From the NCBI GenBank assembly GCA_963832165.1, contig CAWHTE010000001.1, positions 1-64,000 on the forward strand: DNA of 64,000 nt. Direction: 5' to 3'. The stretch comes from an uncultured delta proteobacterium (GTDB lineage: Bacteria; Myxococcota_A; UBA9160; SMWR01). Positions within the stretch are counted from its first letter, which is position 1; every line of letters starts with the position of its first letter. A program made the translations under genes and the position numbers. Shown here piece by piece: positions 8,593 through 18,528 of the stretch. The notes under the pieces are model-generated. The model saw only the letters and a program-made list of their open reading frames with translations, did no database searches and was not told where the DNA came from.

Positions 8593-9381
8593 CTAGAGCA
8601 GGCCGCCCGTCGCTCGCGCGTCGCGCGTGCCCTCGGGATCCGCAGTGATCTGCACGTCGTACTCGGCGAGCTCTTCCGGCACGTACCAGTGCAGCTTCTT
8701 GCTCTCGTAGGCGCTCCAGACCGTCTCGGCGACGGCGGTAGCCGGCATCACGCGCCACATGCCCTCTTTCGGGAAGATCGCCTTCGTCTGCGCCGGCAGC
8801 ATTCCCGTCTCGATGATTCCGGGCAGCACGTCCGCCGCGCGCACGCCGTGCGCGGCGAGCTCGACCGAGAGCGCCTCGGTGAGTCCCTTCACCGCGTGCT
8901 TGGTCGCCGAGTAGACCGCGAGTCCCGCGGTGCCGAAGATCGCCGACGCGGACGACGTCGAGAAACACAGCGAGTTCGGCGTGGCGCGCAGCAGCGGGAT
9001 CGCCGCGTGGATCAGGCTCATGCCCGCGACCAGGTTCACGTTCACCACCGCGACGATCTGCTCCCAGGGCATCGACTCGAACGGCCCTTTCGCATCGATG
9101 CCGGCGTTGTTGAACAGGAGATCGAGCTTCCCGTCCGTCGCGCGGCCGAACTCTTCGACCGCGGCGAGCACTGCCGCGCGATCGGTCACGTCGAGCGGCC
9201 GGAACAGGCCGGCGCCCGCCCCGAGCTCCTGGCTGAGCGCGGAGAGCGCGTTGCGGTTCACGTCGAAGCCGCCGACGAACCAGCCGCGGCTCGCGAACAG
9301 CTTCGCGGTGGCGCGCCCGATCCCCGAGGCCGCACCGGTGATGAAGATCGCGCGTTGGCGCTCCGATTCTCCACGGTCCAC
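8593..9381 (-). CDS. Short-chain dehydrogenase/reductase
   Basis: TGAASGIG, NNAG, catalytic YSATK. Confidence 0.92.
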   Translation of the reverse strand: MDRGESERQRAIFITGAASGIGRATAKLFASRGWFVGGFDVNRNALSALSQELGAGAGLFRPLDVTDRAAVLAAVEEFGRATDGKLDLLFNNAGIDAKGPFESMPWEQIVAVVNVNLVAGMSLIHAAIPLLRATPNSLCFSTSSASAIFGTAGLAVYSATKHAVKGLTEALSVELAAHGVRAADVLPGIIETGMLPAQTKAIFPKEGMWRVMPATAVAETVWSAYESKKLHWYVPEELAEYDVQITADPEGTRDARATGGLL

Positions 9382-9416
9382 TTTGTCCCTCCTGCCATCG
9401 ACGAGGAGACGACAGC

Positions 9417-10215
9417 ATGGATCTGCGCCAGCAGTTTCGCGACCTTCACCAGAAGCCGTTCGTGATTCCCAACCCGTGGGACCGGGGATCCGCGCGGCTG
9501 TTCGCGTCGCTCGGCTTCACGGCCCTCGCCACCACGAGCAGCGGCTTCGCCGCGACGCTCGGCCGCCGCGACGGCCGCGTCACGCGCCACGAGGCGCTCG
9601 TACACGGCACCGCGATCGCGGAGGCGACCCCGCTGCCGGTCAGCGCCGATCTCGAGGCGGGATTCGGCGACTCGCCCGAGGCGGTGTCCGAGACGATCGC
9701 GTGCGCGAGCGCTACGCCGCTCGCGGGCTGCTCGATCGAGGACTGGAGCGGCGGCGACAAGCCGCGCCTCTACCCGCGCGAGCTCGCGGCCGATGCGCAT
9801 CCGCGCGGCCGTCGAGTCGGCGCGCCACGACGCCTCACCGCTGGTGCTCACGGCGCGCTGCGAGAACCACATCCGCGGCAATCCGGACCTCGCCGACACG
9901 ATCGCGCGCCTGCAGGCCTATCAGGAAGCCGGCGCGGACGTGCTCTACGCGCCGGGCCTGCGCGACCTCGGCGAGATCCGCAGCCTCGTCGCCGCGGTCG
10001 ACCGGCCCGTGAACGTGCTGATCGTGCCGGGCGGGCCGACGATCCCCGAGCTGTTCGAGGCGGGCGCCTCGCGCGTCTCGGTCGGCGGCGCGATCGCGAT
10101 TGCGGCGAACGCCGCCGCGCTCGAGGCCGCTCGCGAGCTGCTCACGAAGGGAACCCACACATTCTGGTCGCGCGCGATCGCGTCGGTGAAGGAGCTCCAC
10201 GCCGCGCTCGAATGA
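9417..10215 (+). CDS. Isocitrate lyase/PEP mutase family protein (apparent +1 frameshift near 9792)
   Basis: PNPWD.GSAR, ALATTSSG, ADLEAGFG and GCSIED lie in one frame; RIRAAV..LTARCEN..AYQEAGADVLYAPG continues in the next. Confidence 0.85.
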
Positions 10216-10217
10216 TC

Positions 10218-10250
10218 GCGGATTACGGCCTTCGGCCTAATCCGCCCTAC
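10218..10250 (-). repeat. GTAG-family REP element between convergent genes
   Basis: GTAGGGCGGATTAGGCCGAAGGCCGTAATCCGC on the minus strand; it supplies the stop codon of the adjacent monooxygenase. Confidence 0.85.
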
Positions 10251-11706
10251 GCGTGACCTCGTAGACGTCGGCGTCGGGCTTCTGCGTGCGTGCGCGGTAC
10301 TCGGTCATCGAGTGCGGCCACTGCGTGACGACGCGGCCGCTCGGCGTGCGGTAGTAGCCGGTGCAGCCGGCCTGCCAGACCGCGACACCCGCAATCGCGC
10401 GCTGGATCTCGTCGTTGTAGCGCTCCATCGGCTCGGCGCGGACGTCGAGCCACGCGAGGTCCTCACGCGCGATCCGTTCGATCTGGCGCAGCGCGTACTC
10501 GACCTGGCACTCGATCATCGTGAGGATCGAGCCGTTGTTGGTGTTCGGCCCGTAGAGCATGAAGAGGTTGGGGAAGCCGGCCGTCGTGACGCCGAGATAG
10601 GCGCGCGCACCATCGCTCCACGCATCCTCGATCCGGCGTCCGCCGCGGCCCGTGACCGGGATCGCCGACAGGTAACGCGTCGCCGAGAAGCCGGTCGCGA
10701 GGATCAATGTATCGGCGCGCCGCTCGCGGCCATCCTCGGTGACGACCGCGTCCGGCGCGATGCGCGCGATCGGATCGGTGACGAGCTCGAGGTTCTCGCG
10801 GTTGAACGCGGCGTAGTAGTCGTTCGAGATCAACGGGCGCTTGCAGCCGAACGGGTGGTCGGGGCGAAGCTTCCGGCGCAGCTCCGGATCGCGCACGACC
10901 TCGATCGCGCCGAGCCCGGCGGCCTCTGTCTTCGCGAGCGCCTCGGGATCGGAGAACGTCATGCCGCCGTCGACCTGCGCGTAGATCTCGCTGCGCACCG
11001 CGAGCGCCGCGTCGGGATCTCCGACGAACCGCTCGATCTCCGCCTCGGTGTAGGGCGTATCGAGCTTCGGCAGCACCCAGTTCGCGGTGCGTTGAAACAA
11101 GTACACCTGATCCGCCTGCTTCACGATCTCGGGTACGAACTGCACCGCGCTCGCCGCGCTCCCGATCACTGCGACGCGGCGGCCGGAGAGGTCGTGATCC
11201 CAGCGCCAGCGGCCCGAGTGGAAGCTCGTGCCCGCGAACGAGTCGAGCCCCGGGATGTCGGGCCGCACGAGATCGTTGAACATGCCGATCGCGCTGACCA
11301 CGACGTCGGCTTCGACGGCCTCTCCCGAGGAGAGCGCCAGCTTCCACACGCCGCGGTCGTCGTCCCAGACCGCCGAGCGCACCGCGCAGCCGAAGCGGCA
11401 GTGCGGCAGCACGCCGTACTTCCGCGCGACGTGCTCCATGTACGAGAGGATCTCGGGCTGCGGCGCGTAGGGACGGGTCCAGTCGCGCTTGACCTCGAAC
11501 GAGAACGAGTAGAGATGCGACGGGATATCGCACGCGCAGCCGGGATAGCGGTTGTGGTACCAGGTGCCGCCGACGCCGCTCGCCTGCTCGAGCACGACGA
11601 AGTCGTCGAAGCCCTCCTGGGCGAGCCGAGCGGCCATGCACAGCCCCCCCGGCCCGGCGCCGATGATCGCGATGCGCGGCTTCGGCCGCGGGTTGGGAAT
11701 GGCCAT
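10237..11706 (-). CDS. Baeyer-Villiger-type flavin monooxygenase
   Basis: GAGPGG, GGTWYHNRYPGCACD, F.G..FHSGRW fingerprint, second GSAASA dinucleotide motif, ATGF. Confidence 0.92.
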   Translation of the reverse strand: MAIPNPRPKPRIAIIGAGPGGLCMAARLAQEGFDDFVVLEQASGVGGTWYHNRYPGCACDIPSHLYSFSFEVKRDWTRPYAPQPEILSYMEHVARKYGVLPHCRFGCAVRSAVWDDDRGVWKLALSSGEAVEADVVVSAIGMFNDLVRPDIPGLDSFAGTSFHSGRWRWDHDLSGRRVAVIGSAASAVQFVPEIVKQADQVYLFQRTANWVLPKLDTPYTEAEIERFVGDPDAALAVRSEIYAQVDGGMTFSDPEALAKTEAAGLGAIEVVRDPELRRKLRPDHPFGCKRPLISNDYYAAFNRENLELVTDPIARIAPDAVVTEDGRERRADTLILATGFSATRYLSAIPVTGRGGRRIEDAWSDGARAYLGVTTAGFPNLFMLYGPNTNNGSILTMIECQVEYALRQIERIAREDLAWLDVRAEPMERYNDEIQRAIAGVAVWQAGCTGYYRTPSGRVVTQWPHSMTEYRARTQKPDADVYEVTRRAD

Positions 11707-11737
11707 GGCCCGAGCGTAGACCGGGTCCCGGTATTTA

Positions 11738-11775
11738 TTCAATAGTGATTGACGGGTCTGTCAAATAGGCTTGAA
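11738..11775. promoter_or_regulatory. Nested palindromic operator candidate TTCAA-N6-TTGAC-N6-GTCAA-N6-TTGAA
   Basis: AT-rich divergent intergenic region; both inverted pairs share the same centre (11756/11757). Confidence 0.6.
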
Positions 11776-11806
11776 AAGATTCCAGAGGTCGCGTAGCCTG
11801 CCCGCG

Positions 11807-12841
11807 ATGCCGGCGACCTCCCCCCCGCGTCGAAACGGCCGTGCACCCGCGTGGTCTCGCTATCGCGGGAATGCTCCGCGCCACCTGATCGCGATCGCGC
11901 GCGACCTCCAGTCGCGCGCGCTGCGCGGACTGCACGAGCGCGGGTTCGAGGGCGTGCGGCCGAGCTTCACGCCGCTGCTCGCGCGGCTGTGGCGCGCCGA
12001 TCGCCCGCTCACGCAGCTGGCCGGCGAGCTCGCGATCAGTGCGCAGGCGTGCAGCCAGCTCGTGGGCCACGTCGAGGCCGCGGGCTATCTCGAGCGGCGC
12101 AAGAACCCCGACGACGGGCGCTCGCGCGTGGTGCGGCTCACGCCGCGCGGACGCGCACTCGTCGAGGAGTCGGTGCAGATCCTGCTCGCGTGCGACCGCG
12201 AGTACGGCGCGCACGTCGGTGCAGGCGCCTATCAACGCTTCACCACGGCGCTCGCGGTGCTCTACCGCGGGCTCGGCCTGCCCGTGCATGCGGATTCCAC
12301 ACTGATCGCGCGCGGCGGGCGCTCTTCGGGCGTCCTGCCCGTGATCGCGAACCACATCGAGCAGCAGCTGCTCGAGACCGCGATCGCGCGCGGTCACGCA
12401 GGTCTCAAGATGTCGCACGGCGCGGTGCTGCAGCACATCGGGACCGAGGGCGCGCGGATCCACGAGATCGCGCGCATCCACCGCGTGAGCCGCCAGGCCA
12501 CACACGCCACCGCGCGCGAGCTCGAGACGCTCGGCTACGTGCGCCGGCGCCCCGACGCGCGCGACCGCCGTGGCGGCGTGCTCATGCTCACCACGCGCGG
12601 CGCGAAGCTGATCACCGATTCGGTCACCGCGATCGACGCGCTCGAGGGGACGTTCCGCACGATCCTCGGCGAGCGCCGCTTCGCGCTCGTGGAGCGCGTC
12701 GCGAGCGAGCTCTACGGCGCACTCGCGCTCGGCGCGCGCGGTCCCGCGGCCGGCTCCGTGCTCGACATCGAAGAGCTCGCGGAGCGCCTGCGCGGCCAGC
12801 TCGGCGCCGCCGACGCAGCGCGCCTGGCCGCACTGCTCTGA
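11807..12841 (+). CDS. Tandem (double) MarR-family transcriptional regulator
   Basis: Two wHTH units: ISAQACSQLV..VEAAGYLERR..PDDGRSRVVRLTPRG and VSRQA..ARELETLGYVRR.PDARDRRG..LTTRG. Confidence 0.85.
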   Translation: MPATSPPRRNGRAPAWSRYRGNAPRHLIAIARDLQSRALRGLHERGFEGVRPSFTPLLARLWRADRPLTQLAGELAISAQACSQLVGHVEAAGYLERRKNPDDGRSRVVRLTPRGRALVEESVQILLACDREYGAHVGAGAYQRFTTALAVLYRGLGLPVHADSTLIARGGRSSGVLPVIANHIEQQLLETAIARGHAGLKMSHGAVLQHIGTEGARIHEIARIHRVSRQATHATARELETLGYVRRRPDARDRRGGVLMLTTRGAKLITDSVTAIDALEGTFRTILGERRFALVERVASELYGALALGARGPAAGSVLDIEELAERLRGQLGAADAARLAALL

Positions 12842-12864
12842 ACGACCCACCCGGAGGACACGCC

Positions 12865-14037
12865 ATGACGAAACGCCTGTTCGACCGCATTCGCGCGATC
12901 GACACCGATACCCACATCACCGAGCCGCGCGACGTCTGGACCGCGCGCGTCTCGACGAAGAAGTGGGGCGACGCGGTTCCCCACATGCGCCGCGTCGACG
13001 GCCGCGACGTCTGGTTGATCCGCGACCAGGTCGTGGGCGCGCCCGGCCTCATCACGATGGCGGGCTTCGACGGCTCGCTGCCCGACGGTCCGCTCGGCTT
13101 CGACGACATCCCGGCGAGCTCCCACGATGCGAAAGCGCGCCTCGCGCACATGGATGCCGAGGGCATCTACGCGCAGGTGCTCTACCCGAACGTGGGTGGC
13201 TTCGGCTCGGGCGGGTTCCTCAAGCTCAAGGAGCCCGAGCTCATGCTCGAGTGCGTTCGCGCCTACAACGACTTCCTCGTCGACTGGTGCAGCGCCGATT
13301 CGAACCGCCTGATCCCGGTGGCGGCGATGCCGTTCTGGGACGTCGGCGAGTGCGTGAAGGAGGTGCACCGCGCGGTCGCGAAGGGTCACCGCGCCGTGCT
13401 CGCGGCGTCGCAGCCCGAGGCGTGGGGCGAGCCGATCCTCGCGGCGAAGCACTGGGATCCGTTCTGGGCCGCCGTGCAGGAGACCGGCGTGCCGATCAGC
13501 TTCCACATCGGCGGCGGCGATCTCTCCGAGATGTTCATCGACACGAACGGTCTCGGCATGCGCGCGAACATGGCGCGCGTGTCGTCGAAGATCTTCATGC
13601 AGAACGTCAACTGCATCGCCGACCTGATCTTCGGCGGCGTGTGCCACCGCTTCCCGAAGCTCAAGCTCGTGTCGGTGGAGAGCGGCGTCGGCTGGATCCC
13701 GTCCTATCTCGAGGCGGCCGACTGGCAGTTCGTGAACAGCCAGACGCGCGTGGAGCACCCCGAGTACGACCTGCTGCCGAGCGAGTACTTCCGGCGCCAG
13801 ATCTACGGCTGCTTCTGGTTCGAGTGCCAGGGCGTGAAGCCCGCGCTCGAAGCGTTCCCCGACAACCTGCTCTGGGAGACTGACTTTCCCCACCCGACCT
13901 GTCAGCATCCGGGCCTCGTGGGCGGTCTCACCGAGCACCCGGCGGACTACGCCGAGCGCGCGTTCACGGGCGTGCCCGAGGCCACGATCGAGAAGGTGCT
14001 GCATTCCACCGCAGCGTCCCTGTACGGAATCCAGTAG
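12865..14037 (+). CDS. Amidohydrolase_2 family protein
   Basis: IDTDTHITEP, FHIG, VESGVGWIP, WETDFPHP; GGAGG RBS. Confidence 0.9.
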   Translation: MTKRLFDRIRAIDTDTHITEPRDVWTARVSTKKWGDAVPHMRRVDGRDVWLIRDQVVGAPGLITMAGFDGSLPDGPLGFDDIPASSHDAKARLAHMDAEGIYAQVLYPNVGGFGSGGFLKLKEPELMLECVRAYNDFLVDWCSADSNRLIPVAAMPFWDVGECVKEVHRAVAKGHRAVLAASQPEAWGEPILAAKHWDPFWAAVQETGVPISFHIGGGDLSEMFIDTNGLGMRANMARVSSKIFMQNVNCIADLIFGGVCHRFPKLKLVSVESGVGWIPSYLEAADWQFVNSQTRVEHPEYDLLPSEYFRRQIYGCFWFECQGVKPALEAFPDNLLWETDFPHPTCQHPGLVGGLTEHPADYAERAFTGVPEATIEKVLHSTAASLYGIQ

Positions 14038-14081
14038 CTCAACGCTCACCGCGCGCGAGCGCGCGACGAAGGAGAATCGAC

Positions 14082-15176
14082 ATGAACATGAAGGCAGCCG
14101 TCATGCGCGCGCAGAAGGCGCCCCTCTCGCTCGAAGAAGTGCGCATCGACGATCCGGGTCCGGGCGAGGTGCTCGTGAAGACGGCCGCGTCGGGCATCTG
14201 TCACAGCGATCTGCACGTGATCGAAGGCGACTTGCCGGTGCCTCCGCCGTGCATCCTCGGCCACGAGCCCGCGGGCATCGTCGAGAAGATCGGCGCGGGC
14301 GTGAAGGATTTCACTCCGGGCGATCACGTGATCGGCTGCATCACGCAGTGGTGCGGCGTGTGCAAGTTCTGCACGCAGGGCCGTCCCTATCTCTGCCCGA
14401 CGCAGTACATGGGCCGTCCGCTCGACGCGGTGCCGCGCCTTTCCGCCAAGGATGGATCTCCGCTCATCCAGTTCGCGAACCTCTCGTCGTTCGCGGAGAA
14501 GATGCTGTGCCCCGAGCGCTCGCTCGTGAAGATCCGCGACGACATGCCGCTCGATCGCGCCGCGCTGATCGGCTGCGGCGTCACCACGGGCCTCGGCGCC
14601 GCGCTCAACACCGTGCGCATTCCGGCCGGCGCGAGCGTGGCGATCGTGGGCTGCGGCGGCGTCGGGCTCTCCGCGCTCCAGGGCGCGCGCATCGTCGGCG
14701 CGGGCAAGATCATCGCCGTCGACACGCAGCCGTTCAAGCTCGACCTCGCGCGCAAGCTAGGCGCCACCGACGCCGTGAACGCGAAGGACGGCGACCCGGT
14801 GGCCGCGGTGCAGGGCCTGACCGGCGGCGGCGCCGACTTCGTGTTCGAGTGCCTCGGCACCGTGGCGACCGTGCAGCAGTCGATCGCGATGACGGGCCGC
14901 GGCGGCACGACCGTGCTCGTCGGCGTCGTGCCGATCACGCAGATGGTGCCGATCTCCGCGGCCGACCTGACGCTCCAGGAGAAGCACGTGACGGGCTCGT
15001 ACATGGGCTCGAACCGCTTCCGCTTCGACATGCCCAAGTACGTGGAGTTCTATCTCGACGGGCGCCTGCGCCTCGACGAGATGATCTCGTCGCGCATCCC
15101 GCTCTCCGAAGTGAACACGGCGTTCGACCGCATGCGCAAGGGCGAGGCGGCGCGCCAGGTGATCGTGTTCGACTGA
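14082..15176 (+). CDS. Zn-dependent alcohol dehydrogenase (class III-like MDR)
   Basis: GICHSD, GHE, structural Zn CGVCKFC..C, IGCGVTTG, GCGGVG. Confidence 0.93.
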   Translation: MNMKAAVMRAQKAPLSLEEVRIDDPGPGEVLVKTAASGICHSDLHVIEGDLPVPPPCILGHEPAGIVEKIGAGVKDFTPGDHVIGCITQWCGVCKFCTQGRPYLCPTQYMGRPLDAVPRLSAKDGSPLIQFANLSSFAEKMLCPERSLVKIRDDMPLDRAALIGCGVTTGLGAALNTVRIPAGASVAIVGCGGVGLSALQGARIVGAGKIIAVDTQPFKLDLARKLGATDAVNAKDGDPVAAVQGLTGGGADFVFECLGTVATVQQSIAMTGRGGTTVLVGVVPITQMVPISAADLTLQEKHVTGSYMGSNRFRFDMPKYVEFYLDGRLRLDEMISSRIPLSEVNTAFDRMRKGEAARQVIVFD

Positions 15177-15745
15177 TGGAGACCGCGATGGACGCCGTGC
15201 GTGAGAGCCTCGAGAAGTTCGTCGGCAAGCCGATGGGCCCGCCATCGGTGGCGCCGGATCCGGTCAACGTGCCGATGATCCGGCACTGGGTCGACGCGCT
15301 CGACGATCGCAACCCGGTGTATCTCGACGAGGCGGCCGCGGCGACCACCCGGTTCGGCGGGATCGTCGCGCCGCCCGCGATGCTCCAGGCGTGGGCGATG
15401 GCGCGCCCCAAGATCGAGGGCATCGCCGAGCGCGGTGGCGCGGCGATGGAGATCACTCACGACAATCCGATCAGCGCTCTCAACGCCGCGGGCTTCACGG
15501 GCACGCTCGCGACCAACTCCGAGCTCGAGTTCGTGCGCTACCTGCGGCCGGGCGACCATCTCTCCACCTCCAACGAGGTGGAGTCGATCTCGCCGAAGAA
15601 GTCCACCGCGCTCGGGCAGGGCTATTTCGTCACGTGGGTGACGACGTACACCGCGGGTGACGAGGTGGTCGGACGCCAATCGTTCCGCGTGTTCAAGTTC
15701 GATCCGCGCACGATCGACCCGAGTCGGCTCGGAGGGAAGAAGTGA
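15176..15745 (+). CDS. MaoC-like hot-dog protein resembling the ChsH2 N-terminal domain (no fused DUF35)
   Basis: DPVNVPMIRHWVDAL.D.NPVY..GIVAPPAMLQAW..ATNSELEFVRYLRPGD; translationally coupled (TGATG). Confidence 0.82.
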   Translation: METAMDAVRESLEKFVGKPMGPPSVAPDPVNVPMIRHWVDALDDRNPVYLDEAAAATTRFGGIVAPPAMLQAWAMARPKIEGIAERGGAAMEITHDNPISALNAAGFTGTLATNSELEFVRYLRPGDHLSTSNEVESISPKKSTALGQGYFVTWVTTYTAGDEVVGRQSFRVFKFDPRTIDPSRLGGKK

Positions 15746-16143
15746 AGATCTCCGTCGGCGACGAGCTGCCGGTGTTCGTGCTGCCGGTCACCACGACGGT
15801 GATCGTCTCGGGTGCGATCGCCTCGCGCGACTTCATGCCCGCGCACCACGATCCCGACTTCGCGCGCGCGCAGGGCGCTCCGCACATGTTCATGAACATC
15901 CTCACCACGAACGGCTACGTGGCGCGCTTCGTCACTGACTGGGCCGGGCCCGAGGCGAGGCTCGTCAACATCAAGATCCGGCTCGGCGCGCCCGCGGTTC
16001 CGGGCAAGCCGCTGCGCTTCACGGGCCGCGTCGAGAAGGTGAGCGAGGAACGCGACGAGCGCGTGATCGAGGTGGCGGTGCGCGCCGCGAACGATCTCGG
16101 CGATCACGCGACGGGCACCGTCGCACTCGGGCTCCCGCGATGA
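15742..16143 (+). CDS. MaoC-like enoyl-CoA hydratase subunit (ChsH1-like)
   Basis: VGDELP..AIASRDFMPAHHD..FMNILTTNG..TDWAGP, with the D-x4-H hydratase motif. Confidence 0.85.
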   Translation: MKISVGDELPVFVLPVTTTVIVSGAIASRDFMPAHHDPDFARAQGAPHMFMNILTTNGYVARFVTDWAGPEARLVNIKIRLGAPAVPGKPLRFTGRVEKVSEERDERVIEVAVRAANDLGDHATGTVALGLPR

Positions 16144-17372
16144 CCGCGAAATCCCGGAAGGCGCACATCGCCGGCATCGGCGAGAGCCGTTATGCGCGCT
16201 GGGGGAAGATCGGTGACGTCACCGAGCACGCGCTCGCCATCGAGGCGATCACGCGCGCGGTGGCCGATGCCGGGCTCACGGTCGACGACGTCGACGGCCT
16301 CGCGTCGTTCGCCGACGACCGCAACGAGGCGATCTACCTCGCCGCCGAGCTCGGTCTGCCCGCGCTGCGCTTCGGCAACATGGTCTGGATGCCGGGCGGA
16401 GGCGGCGGCTGCGCGGCGGTCGGCAACGCGGCGATGGCGGTGGAGACGGGGCAGGCGGAGGTCGTCGTCGTCTACCGCTCGCTGTGTCAGGGCCAGTTCT
16501 TCCGCTTCGGCTCGGGCGGGCTCGACGCCTCGGCGCCCGTCGCGGTGCCGCCGAAGCCGACCGTCAACCAGACCGGCTCGCTCATGATGGCGTGGATGGC
16601 GTTCGCGATGCCGTACGGCCTGATCCAGGCCGCCGCGGCCTATGCGCTGCCGACGCGCCGCCACATGCACCTCTACGGCACCACAGGCGAGCAGCTCGGG
16701 CGCATCGCGGTGACGTTCCGCGAGCACGCGAGCCGCAATCCGCGCGCGGTGATGGGCAACAAGCCGATGACGCTCGCGGATCACCAGGCGTCGCCGATGA
16801 TCGCCGATCCGCATCGCCTGTTCGATTGCTGCCTCGAGAGCGATGGCGCGTGCGCGGTGGTGGTCACCACCGAGGAGCGCGCGCGCGATCTCGCGGCGCG
16901 GCCGATCGAGATTCTTGCAAGTGAGCAAGGCACGCCGAAGGGCTATGCGTTCGGTCCGTTCACGAACGCGAACGTCGCAGACGAGCTCTACGCGACGGGC
17001 GCGTGCGAAGAGCTCGCGAACCGCCTGTATGCGAAGGCGGGCGTCGGTCCGGGCGACGTCGACGTCGCGCAGATCTACGACCACTTCACGGGTTGTGTGC
17101 TGATGCAGCTCGAAGACTACGGCTTCTGCAAGCGCGGCGAGGGCGGGCCGTTCGTCGACAGCGGCGCACTCGCCTGGCCGAACGGGAGCCTGCCGACCAA
17201 CACGCACGGCGGGAGTCTCTCCGAGGCGTACATCCACGGGCTCAACCACGTGGTGGAGGGCGTGCGCGCGCTGCGCGGCGATTCGGCGAACCCGGTCGAG
17301 GGTGCCGAGGTGTGTCTGGTCACGAGTGCGGCGTGCGTTCCGTCGAGCGCCGTGATGCTGGGGCGCAGATGA
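16140..17372 (+). CDS. SCP2-thiolase-like protein / Ltp2-type aldolase
   Basis: HASRNPRA, DCCLESDGA, QIYDHF, NTHGGSLSEAYIHG; GGGGC at the N-terminal catalytic position. Confidence 0.87.
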   Translation: MTAKSRKAHIAGIGESRYARWGKIGDVTEHALAIEAITRAVADAGLTVDDVDGLASFADDRNEAIYLAAELGLPALRFGNMVWMPGGGGGCAAVGNAAMAVETGQAEVVVVYRSLCQGQFFRFGSGGLDASAPVAVPPKPTVNQTGSLMMAWMAFAMPYGLIQAAAAYALPTRRHMHLYGTTGEQLGRIAVTFREHASRNPRAVMGNKPMTLADHQASPMIADPHRLFDCCLESDGACAVVVTTEERARDLAARPIEILASEQGTPKGYAFGPFTNANVADELYATGACEELANRLYAKAGVGPGDVDVAQIYDHFTGCVLMQLEDYGFCKRGEGGPFVDSGALAWPNGSLPTNTHGGSLSEAYIHGLNHVVEGVRALRGDSANPVEGAEVCLVTSAACVPSSAVMLGRR

Positions 17373-17797
17373 GCGAGCGATTCTTCCCCGACACGATGCC
17401 GTCGCCGGTCGCCGACCCGATCACGCTGCCGTGGTGGCAGGCGGCTGCCGAGCATCGGCTCGTCGTGCAGCGCTGCGCCGCGTGCGGACACACGCAGCTG
17501 CCGCCTTCGCCGATCTGTGCCGAGTGCCGGTCCACGGAGGCTTCGTGGCAGCAGGTCTCCGGCCGCGGTGAGGTCTACACCTACACGATCGCGCACCGCC
17601 CGATCGCCGCGGGTCAGCCGGTGCCGACCGTGATCGCGGTGATCGCGCTCGAAGGCGCGGGCGGCGTGCGGTTGATCTCCAACCTCGTCGGCGTCGAGTC
17701 CGCGCAGGTCCAGATCGGCATGCCGGTCGAGCTCGTCTGGGAGGACATGAGCGCGGAGCTCGCGATCCCGCGCTTCCGTCCGCGAATTTCGCCCTAA
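17369..17797 (+). CDS. DUF35 Zn-ribbon/OB-fold protein
   Basis: QRCAACG..PP..CAEC, SGRGEVYTYT, IGMPVELVW; ATGA overlap with the thiolase-like gene. Confidence 0.9.
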   Translation: MSERFFPDTMPSPVADPITLPWWQAAAEHRLVVQRCAACGHTQLPPSPICAECRSTEASWQQVSGRGEVYTYTIAHRPIAAGQPVPTVIAVIALEGAGGVRLISNLVGVESAQVQIGMPVELVWEDMSAELAIPRFRPRISP

Positions 17798-17836
17798 GGC
17801 GGGATCCGCTCGCTTCGCTCGCTTCTCCCGCCCTAC
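17798..17836 (-). repeat. GTAG-family REP element / probable bidirectional terminator
   Basis: GTAGGGCGGGAGAAGCGAGCGAAGCGAGCGGATCCCGCC on the minus strand, between convergent stops. Confidence 0.8.
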
Positions 17837-18528
17837 TTCTCGATCTCGATCGTCGCGTCGACGCGCACCGCGAGCGTGCTCTGTCCGCTCTCGAAGCTCG
17901 GCGCGGCGACCTTGTCCATCATCGCCATCTCCGCGCGCGCGTACATCGGAACCGGCGGTCCACCGCCGGGCGTCTGGAGCGAGAGCGACACGAGCTCGTA
18001 GTCGCGCGCGCCGAGGCCGGTCTGGACGCGCTTCGCGCGCTCCTGGAACGCCGTGAGCGCGTCGCCGATCAGCGCGTCCTCGGCCTTCCGGCGCGTCTCG
18101 GGCGACACGCTGAACGCGATCGAGCGCAGTAGCAGCTTGCTCTGCAGCTTGCCGACCAGCTGGCTCACGGCCTCGACGTCGCTGCTCTCGAGGATCAGCT
18201 CCTGGCTCGCGGCCCAGCGCGCGATCTTGCCGTCCCTGTCGTGAACGGGTTGGGTCGAGTAGCCGCCGCTCTTCACCTGGACGCCCTTGGCCTGCTTCGC
18301 GATGGCCAGTGCTTCGTTCACCGCCGTATTTACGCGATCCGCGAGCCGCGCGGCGTCGCTGTCCTCGTCGGTCTTGGCGACCACCGCGGTGACCCAGTCG
18401 TTCGCGACCTCACGCGAGCGCTCCACCGAGAAGCTCACGCGGTTTTTGGGATCGGGCGCGAACGGCTGCGCCGTCGCCGCCCCGGCCGCGATCACTGCGA
18501 GCGCGACCCAGAGCGCCGCGCGCGCCAT
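17833..18528 (-). CDS. SIMPL (DUF541) periplasmic protein
   Basis: Signal peptide; REVAND, YSTQPV, FSVSPETR, AFQERA, FESGQSTLAVRVDATIE. Confidence 0.88.
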   Translation of the reverse strand: MARAALWVALAVIAAGAATAQPFAPDPKNRVSFSVERSREVANDWVTAVVAKTDEDSDAARLADRVNTAVNEALAIAKQAKGVQVKSGGYSTQPVHDRDGKIARWAASQELILESSDVEAVSQLVGKLQSKLLLRSIAFSVSPETRRKAEDALIGDALTAFQERAKRVQTGLGARDYELVSLSLQTPGGGPPVPMYARAEMAMMDKVAAPSFESGQSTLAVRVDATIEIEK

